A stretch of DNA of 64,000 bases, from positions 11,781 through 75,780 of the forward strand of contig CAVPCQ010000035.1 in NCBI GenBank assembly GCA_963702425.1, read 5' to 3'. Of the stretch, positions 41,008 through 51,753 are shown in pieces (the stretch's first letter is position 1; the number at the start of each line of letters is the position of its first letter). The translations under genes and the position numbers were made by a program. The notes under the pieces were generated by a model, which worked only from the letters and a program-made list of their open reading frames with translations, did not search any database and had not been told where the DNA came from. This stretch comes from an uncultured Acidobacteriota bacterium (lineage in GTDB: Bacteria > Acidobacteriota > Polarisedimenticolia > J045).

Positions 41008-42894
41008 TTACGGTTGCTGTCCCCGCTCGAGGAGGCGGGCGTAATCGCCGCGCCGGGCGAGCAGGGCCTCGTGGTCCCCCTGCTCGACGATCCGCCCCCC
41101 GGAGAGCACGAGGATCCGGTCGGCGTGGCGAACGGTGGAGAGCCGGTGGGCCACGACGAGGCTGGTTCGACCGGAGGTCAGGCGGGCCAGCGCGCGCTGC
41201 AGCGCCTGCTCGGTCTCGGAGTCGACATTGGCCGTCGCCTCGTCGAGGATCAGCAGCGGCGGGTCGGCGACCAGCGCGCGCGCGAACGACAGCAGCTGCC
41301 GCTCGCCGGCCGAGAGGGTGCGGCCCCCCTCCTCGAGCGGGGCGTCGAGCCCCCCCAGCCGCTCGACCAGGCCGTCGAGGCCGACCGCGGAGAGGCATTC
41401 CCGTACCCGCTCCTCCGGGACCTCGAGCCCCAGCGTCGCGTTCTCGCGCAGCGAGCCGGCGAACACGACAACCTCCTGCGGGACGATCGCGATCCCGCCC
41501 CGCAGCCGGGCCAGCGTGTAGTCGCGCACGTCCCGCCCGTCGACCAGCACGCGCCCCTCGTCCGGGTCGTGGAAGCGCGAGACCAGCTTGGCGATCGTCG
41601 TCTTCCCGGCCCCGGTGTCGCCGACCAGCGCGATCATCTCGCCGCGCCGCGCCGCGAACTCGATCCCCTCCAGCGCCGGCATGCGCTGGCCGGGATAGGT
41701 GAAGCGCACCCCCTCGAAGCGCAGTGTCCCCTCCCGGACCACGAGCCCCGGATCGGCCTCCGCACGGTCGGCGATCGCCGGCTGCGCGTCGAGCACGGCG
41801 GCGATCCGCTCGGCCGCGGTCAGCGCGGCCTGGATCGTGTTGAACTTCTCGGTCAGGTTGCGCACCGGGATCCAGAGCCGCGTCGTGTACTGGAGGAAGG
41901 TCAGCAGCATCCCGACCGACATCAGCCCCGCCGCCACGCGCTGCTGGCCGACGAGCAGGACCAGCGCCGTCGCCAGCGCGGTGACCGACAGCATCGCCGG
42001 CCGCAGCAGGGCCCAGGCGCGGACCACGTCGGTGATCGAGGCCTGGTGCGCGCCGGTCAGCGCCGCGAACTCCTCGCGGCGGCGCCCCTCGGCCCGGTAG
42101 AGGTGGTTCTCGCGCATCCCGGCCAGGTTCTCGGCCAGCCAGGAGTTCATCCGCGACTGCACCGCGGCGTTGGTCCGGAGCGGCCCGCGCGCCATCCGGC
42201 GGTAGCCCCAGGCGATCAGCACCAGCGGCGGGAAGGTGCCGACCAGGATCGCCGCCAGGGGGGCATCGAGCGCGAACATCACCGCGCCCAGCACGACGAC
42301 GAAGAACAGGTCGCGCACCCCCTGCGCGAAGGCGTCCGAGAACAGCTCGGCCAGCGCCTGCACGTCGAAGGTGGTCCGGTTGACGAGCCGGCCGACCGGT
42401 TGGACCGCGAACCAGCCGGCGTCCATCGCCGTGATGCGGCGGAAGACGTCGACGCGGATGTCGTGCACGATCGCCTGGCCGAGCCATTGCACGATGTACG
42501 AGGTCACCACCGCAATCGCCCAGCGCAGCGACCAGACCAGGAAGAGCAGCAGGCCGAGCCCGCCGACCAGCGCCGCCCGCGGACCGATCGCGGCGAGCAG
42601 CGCACCGAGCGCGTCGGCGATGACCAGAACGCCGCGCTCGAACGCCGAGCCGGGGCGCGCGGCGCCGGTCAGACGATCGACCGCGAGACCGATCACCCAG
42701 GCCGGCAGCGTCATCACCAGCGCCTCGACCAGCGCCAGCACGAGCGCCGCCGCGGCCAGCGCCGGGTGGGGGCCGAGGGCGCCCGCGAAGCGGCGCAGCA
42801 GCGCCGCGTCGAGCAGCCGCGTCTCGACCCGCTCCTCGGCGATCATCCGCTCCAGCACCGGGTCGCGCGGTGCAGCCGGGCGGCGGCCACTCAC
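41008..42894 (-). CDS. ABC exporter, permease plus ATPase (MdlB/YheH-like half)
   Basis: TM domain, GDTGAGKT, LSAGERQ, LILDEATANVD and IAH-like VAHRLST. Confidence 0.93.
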   Translation of the reverse strand: MSGRRPAAPRDPVLERMIAEERVETRLLDAALLRRFAGALGPHPALAAAALVLALVEALVMTLPAWVIGLAVDRLTGAARPGSAFERGVLVIADALGALLAAIGPRAALVGGLGLLLFLVWSLRWAIAVVTSYIVQWLGQAIVHDIRVDVFRRITAMDAGWFAVQPVGRLVNRTTFDVQALAELFSDAFAQGVRDLFFVVVLGAVMFALDAPLAAILVGTFPPLVLIAWGYRRMARGPLRTNAAVQSRMNSWLAENLAGMRENHLYRAEGRRREEFAALTGAHQASITDVVRAWALLRPAMLSVTALATALVLLVGQQRVAAGLMSVGMLLTFLQYTTRLWIPVRNLTEKFNTIQAALTAAERIAAVLDAQPAIADRAEADPGLVVREGTLRFEGVRFTYPGQRMPALEGIEFAARRGEMIALVGDTGAGKTTIAKLVSRFHDPDEGRVLVDGRDVRDYTLARLRGGIAIVPQEVVVFAGSLRENATLGLEVPEERVRECLSAVGLDGLVERLGGLDAPLEEGGRTLSAGERQLLSFARALVADPPLLILDEATANVDSETEQALQRALARLTSGRTSLVVAHRLSTVRHADRILVLSGGRIVEQGDHEALLARRGDYARLLERGQQP

Positions 42895-44684
42895 GGGGCA
42901 TCCCCCTCGGTCCGGGTCTGGGCGCGCGCGATCGTCGCGTACCAGCCGCCGCGGGCGACCAAAGCGGCGTGGGTGCCGCGCTCGACGACCCGTCCGCCGT
43001 CCAGCACGAGGATCTCGTCGCAGCGCCGGACCGCGCGCACGCGCTGGCTGATCACGATCCCGCTGCGCCCGGCCAGGGCCTCGTCGAGATTGGCCAGGAT
43101 CTCCGCCTCGGTCGCCGCGTCGACCGCCGCCAGGCAGTCGTCGAGCACCAGCACGCGGGGCGCGGCCCCGACCGCGCGCGCGATCGCCAGCCGCTGGCGC
43201 TGGCCGCCCGACAGGTTGACCCCGCGCTCGCCGAGCAGCGTCGCGTACCCTTCCGGCAGCGCCTCGATCTCGTCGTCGATCGCCGCCAGCCGCGCCAGCC
43301 GGCGCGCGTCGAGGCGGTCGGTCGCGGAGGCCAGCACGATGTTGCTGAGGACGGTGTCGCCGAACAGGAAGGTGTCCTGTGGGGCGACCGCGATCGCGCC
43401 GCGCAGCGAGGCGAGCGTGAGCTGCCGCACGTCCACCCCGTCGAGCAGGATCGTCCCGGGCGGCGGCTCGTAGAGCCGGACGAGGAGGGCGGCCAGGGTC
43501 GACTTGCCGCCGCCGACCGGGCCGGTGACGCCGAGCGTGCCGCCGGGCGGGAGGGTGATCGACACCCCTTCGAGCGCCGGCGCTTCGGCCCCGGCGTAGC
43601 GGAAGGTCAGGTCCTTCACCTCGATCCGCCCGGGCCCCGCGGCCTCGACCGCGTCCGCCGCGCTCTCGATCTCGACCGGCTCCGCCAGCAGCGCGTCGAT
43701 CCGCTGGAGCGATTTGCGGCCGCGCTGCATCAGCGAGACGGCCCAGCCGAACCCGATCATCGGGCCGGAGAGCTGGCCGACCAGGTACAGGAAGGCGGTG
43801 AACGCGCCGATCGACAGCGTCCCCTTCGCCAGCTGCACGCCGCCCGCGACGAGCACGAAGAGCGTGGAGAGACCGAGGAAGTACTCGAGCGACGGATCGA
43901 ACAGGCTGCGGATCCGGGCCAGCCGCAGGTTCAGCGCGAAGTGGCGGCGCGAGTCGGCGGCGAAGCGCGCGCGCTCGAACTCCTCGCGCGCGTAGCCCTG
44001 CAGCAGGCGGATCCCGGCGTAGGTCTCGCGGGCCCGCTCGGTCAGCTTCGCGAGGTCCTCCTGCACCGCCCCGAAGCGCGCGAACTCGGCGTGCGAGACG
44101 CGCTGCGTGAAGAGCGCGATCGCGGGCAGCGGGATCAGCGCCGCCAGCGTCAGCGGGACCGACAGCGTGGCCATCGTCCCCAGCACGAAGACGATCAGCA
44201 GCAGGGTGTCGACCAGCAGCAGGACGCCGGGGCCGAGGGCCATCCGCAGGGCCTGGGTGTCGGCCGTCGCCAGCGACATCAGGTCACCCGAGCGGGAGCG
44301 GTCGAAGAACGGGCGCGCGAGCCGCAGCAGGTGTCCGACCAGCGCCTGCCGGACCCCCTGCACGACGCGGTGCGAAGGGACCGAGACGTTCATCAGCATC
44401 GGGTAGCGGAAGAGGTTCGACAGCAGGGAGATCGCCAGGAAGGCGGCGACCGCCGCGCCGACCGAGCCGGTCGCTCCGCTCAGCCCGAGCCAGACGAGCA
44501 GCCGCGGGACCGCGGCGGGCTGCCCCGCCGCGCCGGCCGCGACCCGGTCGATCGCCACCGCCAGGAAGAGCGGGGCCAGGACGTCGGTCAGGTTCACCAC
44601 CAGCAGCGAGAGCAGCCCGAAAGCGTAGCGGCCGCGCTCGGGGCGCAGGAGCTGGGCCAGGCGGCGGGTCGTGGCGGTCGGCAT
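42891..44684 (-). CDS. ABC exporter, permease plus ATPase (MdlA/YheI-like degenerate half)
   Basis: TM domain, GPVGGGKST, LSGGQRQR, non-canonical LDDCL (D for E) and ISQR (Q for H). 4 nt overlap with its partner. Confidence 0.93.
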   Translation of the reverse strand: MPTATTRRLAQLLRPERGRYAFGLLSLLVVNLTDVLAPLFLAVAIDRVAAGAAGQPAAVPRLLVWLGLSGATGSVGAAVAAFLAISLLSNLFRYPMLMNVSVPSHRVVQGVRQALVGHLLRLARPFFDRSRSGDLMSLATADTQALRMALGPGVLLLVDTLLLIVFVLGTMATLSVPLTLAALIPLPAIALFTQRVSHAEFARFGAVQEDLAKLTERARETYAGIRLLQGYAREEFERARFAADSRRHFALNLRLARIRSLFDPSLEYFLGLSTLFVLVAGGVQLAKGTLSIGAFTAFLYLVGQLSGPMIGFGWAVSLMQRGRKSLQRIDALLAEPVEIESAADAVEAAGPGRIEVKDLTFRYAGAEAPALEGVSITLPPGGTLGVTGPVGGGKSTLAALLVRLYEPPPGTILLDGVDVRQLTLASLRGAIAVAPQDTFLFGDTVLSNIVLASATDRLDARRLARLAAIDDEIEALPEGYATLLGERGVNLSGGQRQRLAIARAVGAAPRVLVLDDCLAAVDAATEAEILANLDEALAGRSGIVISQRVRAVRRCDEILVLDGGRVVERGTHAALVARGGWYATIARAQTRTEGDAP

Positions 44685-44946
44685 CGGGGGCGCGAAACGG
44701 AGAGGTTAGCCCGGACCGCGGCCTTTCTCCCGTGCCCCGGCGCGCCCGGAACGCGCCGGGCTTGCCGGGCCGCTCCGCCGGGACCTAGCTTCGCCTCACC
44801 CGGTCTCCTGCCCGACCGCTCGGCCCCTTCCCGCGGCCGCTCGCGCTCTCCCCTTCCCGCCCCCGCAACCTTCCGCCGCGCCGTCCGTTTCGAGCGGCGA
44901 AGGCCGGGGAGGCTCCCACCGGGGCCGGCCCCAGGGAGGCACGATC

Positions 44947-45525
44947 ATGAAGGCCCGGATCATCGCCGTATCGCTCGCCCTCGCCGCCGCGCTCTTCGTC
45001 TTCGCCCCCGCGCTCGCCGCCGACGCCTGGCTGCACCTGCGGGTCGAGAAGTCCGGGGACGACCCCGAGACGGTCTCGATCAACGTCCCGCTCGATCTGG
45101 CCGCGAAGGTCCTCGCCGCCGTCGACGACGAACACCTCAAGGGGGGCAAGATCGTCTTCGACGTGGAGGACCACGCCGACGTCGACCTGGTCGCGATGTG
45201 GAAGGCCGTCCGCGAGGCGCCGGACGCCGAGTTCGTCACCGTGAAGTCGCGCTCGGAGAACGTCCGCGTCGCGAAGGACAAGGGGTTCCTCGTCATCCTG
45301 GCCGACGAGAAGTCGGACGAGGAGGGGCAGCGCTCCACGGTCCGGGTGAAGGTCCCGCTGGCCGTCGCCGACGCGCTGTTCGGGGCCGCCGGCGCGAAGG
45401 GGGAGCTGGATCTCGTCGCGGCGCTGCGCGAGCTGCAGCGCACAGGCAACGGGGAGCTGATGACGGTCGAGGACGGCGACGAAACCGTCCGGATCTGGAT
45501 CGACGACCGGAACGAGGCGCCGTAG
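44947..45525 (+). CDS. Hypothetical exported protein
   Basis: Signal peptide ending ALA. Internal repeats VSINVPLDLA / VRVKVPLAVA and EFVTV...VRV / ELMTV...VRIW. GGAGG RBS. Confidence 0.75.
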   Translation: MKARIIAVSLALAAALFVFAPALAADAWLHLRVEKSGDDPETVSINVPLDLAAKVLAAVDDEHLKGGKIVFDVEDHADVDLVAMWKAVREAPDAEFVTVKSRSENVRVAKDKGFLVILADEKSDEEGQRSTVRVKVPLAVADALFGAAGAKGELDLVAALRELQRTGNGELMTVEDGDETVRIWIDDRNEAP

Positions 45526-45550
45526 CGCGCCGCGCGGCACGGGAGGATCG

Positions 45551-46075
45551 ATGGCCATGACCCGCGGAACGAAGATCGTCATCACCGGCGTCGTCGCGAC
45601 GGCCCTGCTCGCGCTCGCCGGGGTTGCCTGGGCCAGCTCGGCGGTCCGCCACGCCTCCGGCGGCTCGGTCCGGATCGAGGTCCACGAGCAGAACGGCGAG
45701 GACGTGAGGATCGCGGTCCCCGGCTTCGTCGTCGGGATGGCGATCGCGCTCGCGCCGGACGAGGCCCTGTCCGGCGCGTTCGACGAGGCGCGCCCGTGGC
45801 TCGACGTCGCCCGCGTGGCGGCCGAAGAGCTCAGCAAGGCCGGGGACTTCACGCTCGTCTCGGTGGTCAAGCGCGACGAGCGGGTCACGATCCGGACCTC
45901 AGCAGGTGCGCTGGTGGTCGAGGTGCACGAGCGCGGCGACCACGTGCGGATCGAGATGCCGCTGCGGACGGTCGACCGGATCGTGCGCCGGCTCGACCGC
46001 GCCGCGGCCCGCACCGCACGCGCGGAGCGCCGCACGGAGGTCCCGGAGGCCCCGGCGACGGGCGCCGCGATGTAG
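45551..46075 (+). CDS. Hypothetical exported protein resembling the upstream gene
   Basis: Signal or anchor sequence. VRIAVPGFVV, LVSV...VTI and VRIEMPL. Confidence 0.7.
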   Translation: MAMTRGTKIVITGVVATALLALAGVAWASSAVRHASGGSVRIEVHEQNGEDVRIAVPGFVVGMAIALAPDEALSGAFDEARPWLDVARVAAEELSKAGDFTLVSVVKRDERVTIRTSAGALVVEVHERGDHVRIEMPLRTVDRIVRRLDRAAARTARAERRTEVPEAPATGAAM

Positions 46076-46122
46076 CCCGGCCGCGGTGGCGGCGCGCGGC
46101 GCGCCGCTCCATCCTGTGTCGC

Positions 46123-47601
46123 ATGGACGATCCGGCCGGCGACGCGCTCTTCCGCGCCTTCGATCCCGAGGTCTTCCGCCGCGACGGCCACGCCACCGTC
46201 GATCTGCTCGCGGGCTACCTCCGGGCGGCACTCGAGGAACGAAGCCTGCCGGTCCTGCCCTGGACGCCGCCGCGGGCGATGCTGGACGAGTGGCCGGGCG
46301 ACTTCCCCGAGCGCGGCGGCATGCCGTTCGCCGAGCTGGTCGAGCGCGCGCTCGCCGGCTCGACGCACCTGCATCACCCGCGTTTCGTCGGCCACCAGGT
46401 CACGGCGCCGCTGCCGCTCGCGGCGCTGGCGGAGCTGGTCGCCGCGCTGCTCAACAACGGGATGGCGGTCTACGAGATGGGTCCGGCCGCGACCGCGATG
46501 GAGCGGACGGTCATCGGTTTCCTGGGGCGGGCGCTCGGGTTCGACGGCGGCGATCCCGGCCCCGGCGGGGCCGGCTGCGACGGGGTGCTCACCTCGGGCG
46601 GCTCGCTCGGCAACCTGACGGCGCTGCTGGCCGCCCGGCAGTTCCGGGCCGGCTACGATGCCTGGGGCGCCGGCGCGCACGCCGGGCCGCCGCTGGCGCT
46701 GCTCGCCGGCGCCGACGCGCACTACGCGATCGCGCGGGCGGCCGGGGTGATGGGGCTCGGCGCGGAGGGCCTGGTGCGCGTGCGGCTCGACGAGCGCCGG
46801 CGCCTCGATCCGGACGCGCTGGGTCCGGCGCTCGACGCCGCGACCCGCGCCGGGCGACGGGTGATCGGCCTGGTCGCCAACGCCGGCTCGACCCCGGTCG
46901 GCGCCTTCGACCCGCTCGACGCGAGCGCGGACTTCTGCGCCGCGAAGGGGCTCTGGCTGCATGTCGACGGGGCGCACGGGGCGGCGGCCGCGCTCTCGCC
47001 GAAGTACCGCGGCCTCGTCTCGGGGATTGAGCGCGCCGACTCGGTCGTCTGGGACGCGCACAAGATGCTGCTGGTCCCGGCGCTGGTCACCGCGGTGCTG
47101 TTCCGGGACGGCCGGCGCTCGTGGGACCCCTTCGCCGAGGAGGCCTCGTACCTGTTCCCGGGTGAACGCCGCGAAGATGACGCCGAGTGGTTCAACCTCG
47201 CGCACCGCACGCTCGAGTGCACCAAGCGGATGATGGCCTTCGAGCTCTACGCGGTGCTGGCGGCCTACGGCCCGGCGCTGCTGGGCGACTACGTCACGCG
47301 CTGCTTCGACCTGGGGCGCCGTTTCGGCGAGCTGCTCGAGGAGACCTCCGACTTCGAGCTGCCGGTCGTCCCGGAGGCGAACATCGTCTGCTTCCGCCAC
47401 GTTCCACCCGGGCGCGACGACGATCTCGACGCGGTCCAGGAGCGGGTCCGGCGCCGCTTGATCGAGGACGGCAGCTTCTACCTGGTGCAGACGCGACTCG
47501 ACGGCGCGGTGCACCTGCGCACGACGCTGATCCACCCGCGCACGGCGGAGTCCGACCTGATCGACCTGCTGGCTGCGATCCGCCGGGCCGCGGCGGACTA
47601 G
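46123..47601 (+). CDS. Group II pyridoxal-dependent decarboxylase (DABA/aromatic amino acid type)
   Basis: HHPRFVGHQ, YEMGP, TSGGSLGNLTAL, WLHVDGAHG, DSVVWDAHKM (PLP Lys) and NIVCFR. Confidence 0.93.
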   Translation: MDDPAGDALFRAFDPEVFRRDGHATVDLLAGYLRAALEERSLPVLPWTPPRAMLDEWPGDFPERGGMPFAELVERALAGSTHLHHPRFVGHQVTAPLPLAALAELVAALLNNGMAVYEMGPAATAMERTVIGFLGRALGFDGGDPGPGGAGCDGVLTSGGSLGNLTALLAARQFRAGYDAWGAGAHAGPPLALLAGADAHYAIARAAGVMGLGAEGLVRVRLDERRRLDPDALGPALDAATRAGRRVIGLVANAGSTPVGAFDPLDASADFCAAKGLWLHVDGAHGAAAALSPKYRGLVSGIERADSVVWDAHKMLLVPALVTAVLFRDGRRSWDPFAEEASYLFPGERREDDAEWFNLAHRTLECTKRMMAFELYAVLAAYGPALLGDYVTRCFDLGRRFGELLEETSDFELPVVPEANIVCFRHVPPGRDDDLDAVQERVRRRLIEDGSFYLVQTRLDGAVHLRTTLIHPRTAESDLIDLLAAIRRAAAD

Positions 47602-47612
47602 CGGTCGGCCGC

Positions 47613-48380
47613 GTGGAACTCTCCGCGCCGCTCGTCGCCGGGCTCGCTGCAGTCGGCGCGACCGCCGGCTTCGTCGACGCGATCGCCGGCGGCGGCGGCC
47701 TGCTCACGCTCCCGGCGATCCTGCTGACCGGCCTGCCGCCGCACCTCGCGCTGGGTACCAACAAGGGGCAGAGCGTCTTCGGCACGGCCTCCTCGCTGCT
47801 GCGCTATGCCCGCTCGCCGCTGCTCGACCAGCGCCGGGCGCGGATCGGCGTCGTCCCCGCGCTGGCCGGGTCGGCGGCCGGCGTGCTCGCCGTGCGGGCG
47901 GTCGCGCCCGCGGCCCTCGCGCCGCTGGTGATGGTGCTGCTGGCGGCGGTGGCGATCTTCTTCATCGTGCGCCGTCCTCCGGCGCGCGACGGCGCGCGGA
48001 CGCCGCCGCGCGACCGGCCCTGGACGCTGGCCGCACTCGTCGCGTTCGGGCTGGCGTTCTACGACGGCTTCTTCGGGCCGGGGATGGGGACGTTCCTGAT
48101 CGCGATCTACACGCTGCTCTGGCACGACCCGCTCGACGCCGCGAGCGCCAACGCGAAGGTCGTCAACTTCTGCTCGAACCTCGCGGCCGCGGTTTCCTTC
48201 GCGGCGGCCGGCCTGACGGTCTGGAGCGTCGCGCTGCCGATGGGAGCCGGACAGCTCGTCGGGAGCTGGCTCGGCGCGCACCTGACGGTCCGCCGCGGCC
48301 AGGGGCTGGTGCGCGGAGCGGTCATCCTCGTCAGCCTGGCGCTGCTGGTGCGCCTGGCGTGGCAGTTCAGCCGCGGCTGA
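47613..48380 (+). CDS. TauE/SafE (TSUP) family transporter
   Basis: AGFVDAIAGGGGLLTLP, LGTNK, YDGFFGPGMGTF and AKVVN. Confidence 0.92.
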   Translation: MELSAPLVAGLAAVGATAGFVDAIAGGGGLLTLPAILLTGLPPHLALGTNKGQSVFGTASSLLRYARSPLLDQRRARIGVVPALAGSAAGVLAVRAVAPAALAPLVMVLLAAVAIFFIVRRPPARDGARTPPRDRPWTLAALVAFGLAFYDGFFGPGMGTFLIAIYTLLWHDPLDAASANAKVVNFCSNLAAAVSFAAAGLTVWSVALPMGAGQLVGSWLGAHLTVRRGQGLVRGAVILVSLALLVRLAWQFSRG

Positions 48381-49707
48381 CGCGCCACAGGCCGGCACGC
48401 CGCGCGGTCGCGGCGTAGCCGCCGATCCCCCAACCCAGCACCAGCGCCGCGCCGACCAGCGACAGCCCGCCGACCGCGACGAGCGCGGCGGGAAGCGCCG
48501 CCTCGTCGCCGAAGACGCGGTCGGTCGCCAGCGCCACCGCGGTCGGGCCGAGGCCCAGTCCAACGAGGTTCTGCAGGAGCAGGTAGAGCGCGACGACCTG
48601 GCCACGCAGCCGGTTCGGCGCGAGGTCGGCAATCGCGGCCGCCAGCGCGCCCCAGGGCGCGGTGAGGCAGAAGACCAGCGCCACGAAGAACGACGCCGCC
48701 AGGCCCGCCGAAGGGGCGAGCGCGAAGCCGGCCAACAGCGGTAGCGCTCCCGCCGCAGCGACGAGTGGAACACGGAAGCGCGCCGCGCGAACGCCGCGTC
48801 CGTGCCAGCGATCGGCCAGCCGTCCGCCCACGACCATTCCCGCCGTCCCGGCGACGAGCATCGTCAGCCCCTGCAGCGCCCCGGCGGCGGCGAGCGAGAG
48901 GCCGTGCACGCGCACGAAGAAGGTGACGGCCCAGGCCTGCACTCCGTAGACCGCGGCGCCAAGCGCCGCGGCGCCGAGGAACAGCGCGACCAGGCTGCGT
49001 GCGTTCTCGCGCAGGTACGAGACGAGCGCACCAAGCGGCGCGTCGGCCGCCGCGGCGCCGGCCCCCTGGCGTTCCGGCTCCCGCACCGCGAGCATCAGCG
49101 CCGCCACGCCCAGGCCCGGCAGCCCGATCCAGAGGAAGACCGATTGCCAGGCGAAGATCGTCTGCCCCGTCGGCAGCGCGATCGTGCCGGAGCCGGCCGC
49201 GGTGGCGAGCGTCCCGCCGAGCAGCGTCGCGAGGCCCGAGCCGACGGTGCTCCCCGCGGCGAAGAGCCCGCTCGCTCCCGCGACCTGCCGCGGCGGGAAG
49301 AGGTCGGCGATCATCGAGTAGGCAGCCGGGGCCAGCGTCGCCTCCCCGATCCCGACCGCCGCCCGCGCGAGCAGCAGCTCGCCGTAGCCGTCGGCCAGCG
49401 CCGCGGCCGCGGTCGCGAAGCTCCAGGTCGCGATCCCGGCGGCCGCGATCGTGCGGCGCGTGCCGCGGTCGACGAGGCGGCCGAGCAGGAGACCGGACAG
49501 GACGTAGGTCGTCGAGAACGCCGCCCCCATCAGCAGGCTCAGCTGCGTGTCGCTGAGCGCGAGGTCGCGCTTGAGCGGGACGGCGAGCGCGAACAGCACG
49601 GCGCGGTCGAGGAACGACGAGACCTGCGCCAGCACGAGCACGGCGAGTGCGCCCCAGGCGGCGGGGGCGGCAGCGGGAGGACGGACGGGCGGAGGCGGGT
49701 CGATCAC
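48367..49707 (-). CDS. MFS transporter (spinster-like); start uncertain, GTG 49707 preferred
   Basis: SFLDR, LSDTQLSLL, GRLVDR...RR, ARAAVGIGEA, SMIADLFP, GRLADR and PNRLRG. Confidence 0.9.
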   Translation of the reverse strand: MIDPPPPVRPPAAAPAAWGALAVLVLAQVSSFLDRAVLFALAVPLKRDLALSDTQLSLLMGAAFSTTYVLSGLLLGRLVDRGTRRTIAAAGIATWSFATAAAALADGYGELLLARAAVGIGEATLAPAAYSMIADLFPPRQVAGASGLFAAGSTVGSGLATLLGGTLATAAGSGTIALPTGQTIFAWQSVFLWIGLPGLGVAALMLAVREPERQGAGAAAADAPLGALVSYLRENARSLVALFLGAAALGAAVYGVQAWAVTFFVRVHGLSLAAAGALQGLTMLVAGTAGMVVGGRLADRWHGRGVRAARFRVPLVAAAGALPLLAGFALAPSAGLAASFFVALVFCLTAPWGALAAAIADLAPNRLRGQVVALYLLLQNLVGLGLGPTAVALATDRVFGDEAALPAALVAVGGLSLVGAALVLGWGIGGYAATARRAGLWRVSRG

Positions 49708-49734
49708 GGGGAGTCCGGGGGCGGAGGATACGGC

Positions 49735-49777
49735 TTGACCGGGGACCGGCAGGGCTGTACTTTGTATTGCAAAGTAC
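49735..49777 (+). promoter_or_regulatory. Sigma70-like promoter overlapped by a perfect inverted-repeat operator
   Basis: TTGACC-N17-TACTTT. GTACTTTG-N5-CAAAGTAC at 49757-49777. AGGAG RBS at 49783. Confidence 0.75.
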
Positions 49778-49793
49778 TTCATAGGAGCTGTTC

Positions 49794-51352
49794 ATGACTC
49801 GCCCGCACCTCCCTCCCGCGAACCGCCTGCGCCCCCCGCACCTCCCCCTCGCCATGCGCCTGGCCCCTGCGCTCGACCCGCTTGCCCCGGCCCCTCCCCC
49901 GACTCCGCGCCATGCCCTGCTGCTCAACCCGTTCTATCCCAAGGACCCGCACGGCAGCTTCGGCAAGCACGTGCTCACCCCGTCGCTGGCGCTGACCTCG
50001 CTCGCGGCCGCGACGCCCCCGGAGTGGACCGTCGCTGTCTGGGACGAGAACCTGCTCCAGGGACCGCCGCCGCTCGATCCGTTCCCGACGCTCGTCGGGA
50101 TCACGGTCCACCTGACCTTCGCGCGCCGGGCCTACGAGCTGGCTGCCTGGTATCGCGCCCGCGGGGCGCTCGTCGTGCTCGGCGGCCCGCACGTCCAGAG
50201 CTGCCCCGGCGAGGCGCGAGACCATGCCGACGCGCTCGTCTTCTCGGGCGGCGTACGCGCCTGGCCCCGGGTCCTGGCCGACGCCGAGCGCGGGGTCCTC
50301 TCGGCCGAATACCAGGGGAGCTACCGCGCGCCGCTCGCCGAGGAGCCGCCACCGCGGCGCGACCTCCTGCCGCGCGGCAGCTTCCTGAGCACCGCCAGCC
50401 TCGTCGCGACGCGCGGCTGCGCCAACCACTGTGCCTTCTGCCACCTCGCGACCGACGGCCTCGACATGCCCTACCAGGCGAAGGACCCGGCCGCGGTGGC
50501 GGCCGAATGGGCGGCCACGGGCGAGCCGTACGCGGTCTTCCTCGACAACAACCTCGGCTCGCGGCCGGACGACCTGCGCGCGCTCTGCCGGACCCTCACC
50601 CCGCTCGAAGGGATCTGGAGCGCCGCGGTCACGATCGACGTCACCGACGACCCGTCGCTGGTCCGGGAGATGGCGCTGGCCGGCTGCACCGGCGTCTTCG
50701 TCGGCCTGGAGACGCTGAACCGGGAGAACCTGCGGGCGGCCGGCAAGCGCTCGCCGCCCCCGGAGGACTACGGGCGCCGGGTACGGATCTTCCACGACGT
50801 CGGGATCCAGGTGAACGGCAGCTTCGTGCTCGGCTTCGATGCCGACGGCCCGGAGGTCTTCGAGCACACCGCGGCGTGGATCGAGGAGCAGCGGCTGGAG
50901 TGCGCGACGTTCCACATCCTCACCCCCTACCCGGGCACGCCGCTCTTCCGCCGCCTCGAGGCGGAAGGGCGCCTGCTGCACCGGGACTGGGAGCTGTACG
51001 ACACCGCGCACGCCGTCTTCCGCCCGCTCCGGATGTCCGCCGAGGAACTGGAGACGGGCTACGCCTGGCTCTACCGCCGGCTCTTCTCGCCGGCCTCGAT
51101 CTGGGCCCGCAGGCCGGAGGACGCGCGCGCGGTGCTCCCCTACCTGGCGATGTCGGTGCTCTACAAGAAGACGAACCGGATCTGGCCGCGGCTGATCCGG
51201 CACCGGCTCGTGGGACCGATGTGGCGCCCGCTGATCGCGCTCTCGCGGCGGCGGCATCACTCCTTTCGGCGGCGGCTGGCGCTTGCTACGATGGCGGCCC
51301 CCCCGCGGAGATCGCGCCATGCCGCGTTCCGGCCTCGCCGCCGCTCTCGTGA
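49794..51352 (+). CDS. B12-binding-domain radical SAM protein; 3' end uncertain (probable indel in the C run near 51300)
   Basis: PSLALTSLAA, LGGPH, TRGCANHCAFC (CxxxCxxC), FLDNN, FVGLET and ILTPYPGTPL. Confidence 0.9.
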
Positions 51353-51741
51353 CGATCCTGTGCGCCGCCGGCTGCGGCGGCTCCCGCCTCGAAGCCGACG
51401 ACCCTGTCATGCAGCGCGGGCGCGAGCTCTACTCCGACAACTGCGTCGTCTGCCACCAGGCCAGCGGTGCCGGGGTGGTCGACCTGCAGCCCGCACTCGC
51501 CGGCTCATCGCGCGTCTCCGGGGACCCGGCGACGCTCGCGCGCTGGGTGCTCCGCGGGTCGGAGGCGGAGCCGGCTCCCGGCGGACGGCGCTTCCAGAAC
51601 GTGATGCCTGCGTTCGATCACCTCGGCGACGAGGATGTCGCGGCGGTCGTCACCTACGTCCGCCAGACCTTCGGCGGCGGTGCGTCACCCGTTTCCCCCG
51701 CGCTCGTGGCCGAGACCCGGAAGTCGGCCGGCAGCCCCTGA
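51319..51741 (+). CDS. Class I monoheme cytochrome c lipoprotein
   Basis: Lipobox AAGC, GRELYSDNCVVCHQ, axial MPAF and VAAVVTYVRQTFG. Confidence 0.9.
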   Translation: MPRSGLAAALVTILCAAGCGGSRLEADDPVMQRGRELYSDNCVVCHQASGAGVVDLQPALAGSSRVSGDPATLARWVLRGSEAEPAPGGRRFQNVMPAFDHLGDEDVAAVVTYVRQTFGGGASPVSPALVAETRKSAGSP

Positions 51742-51753
51742 AGGGAGACGACG

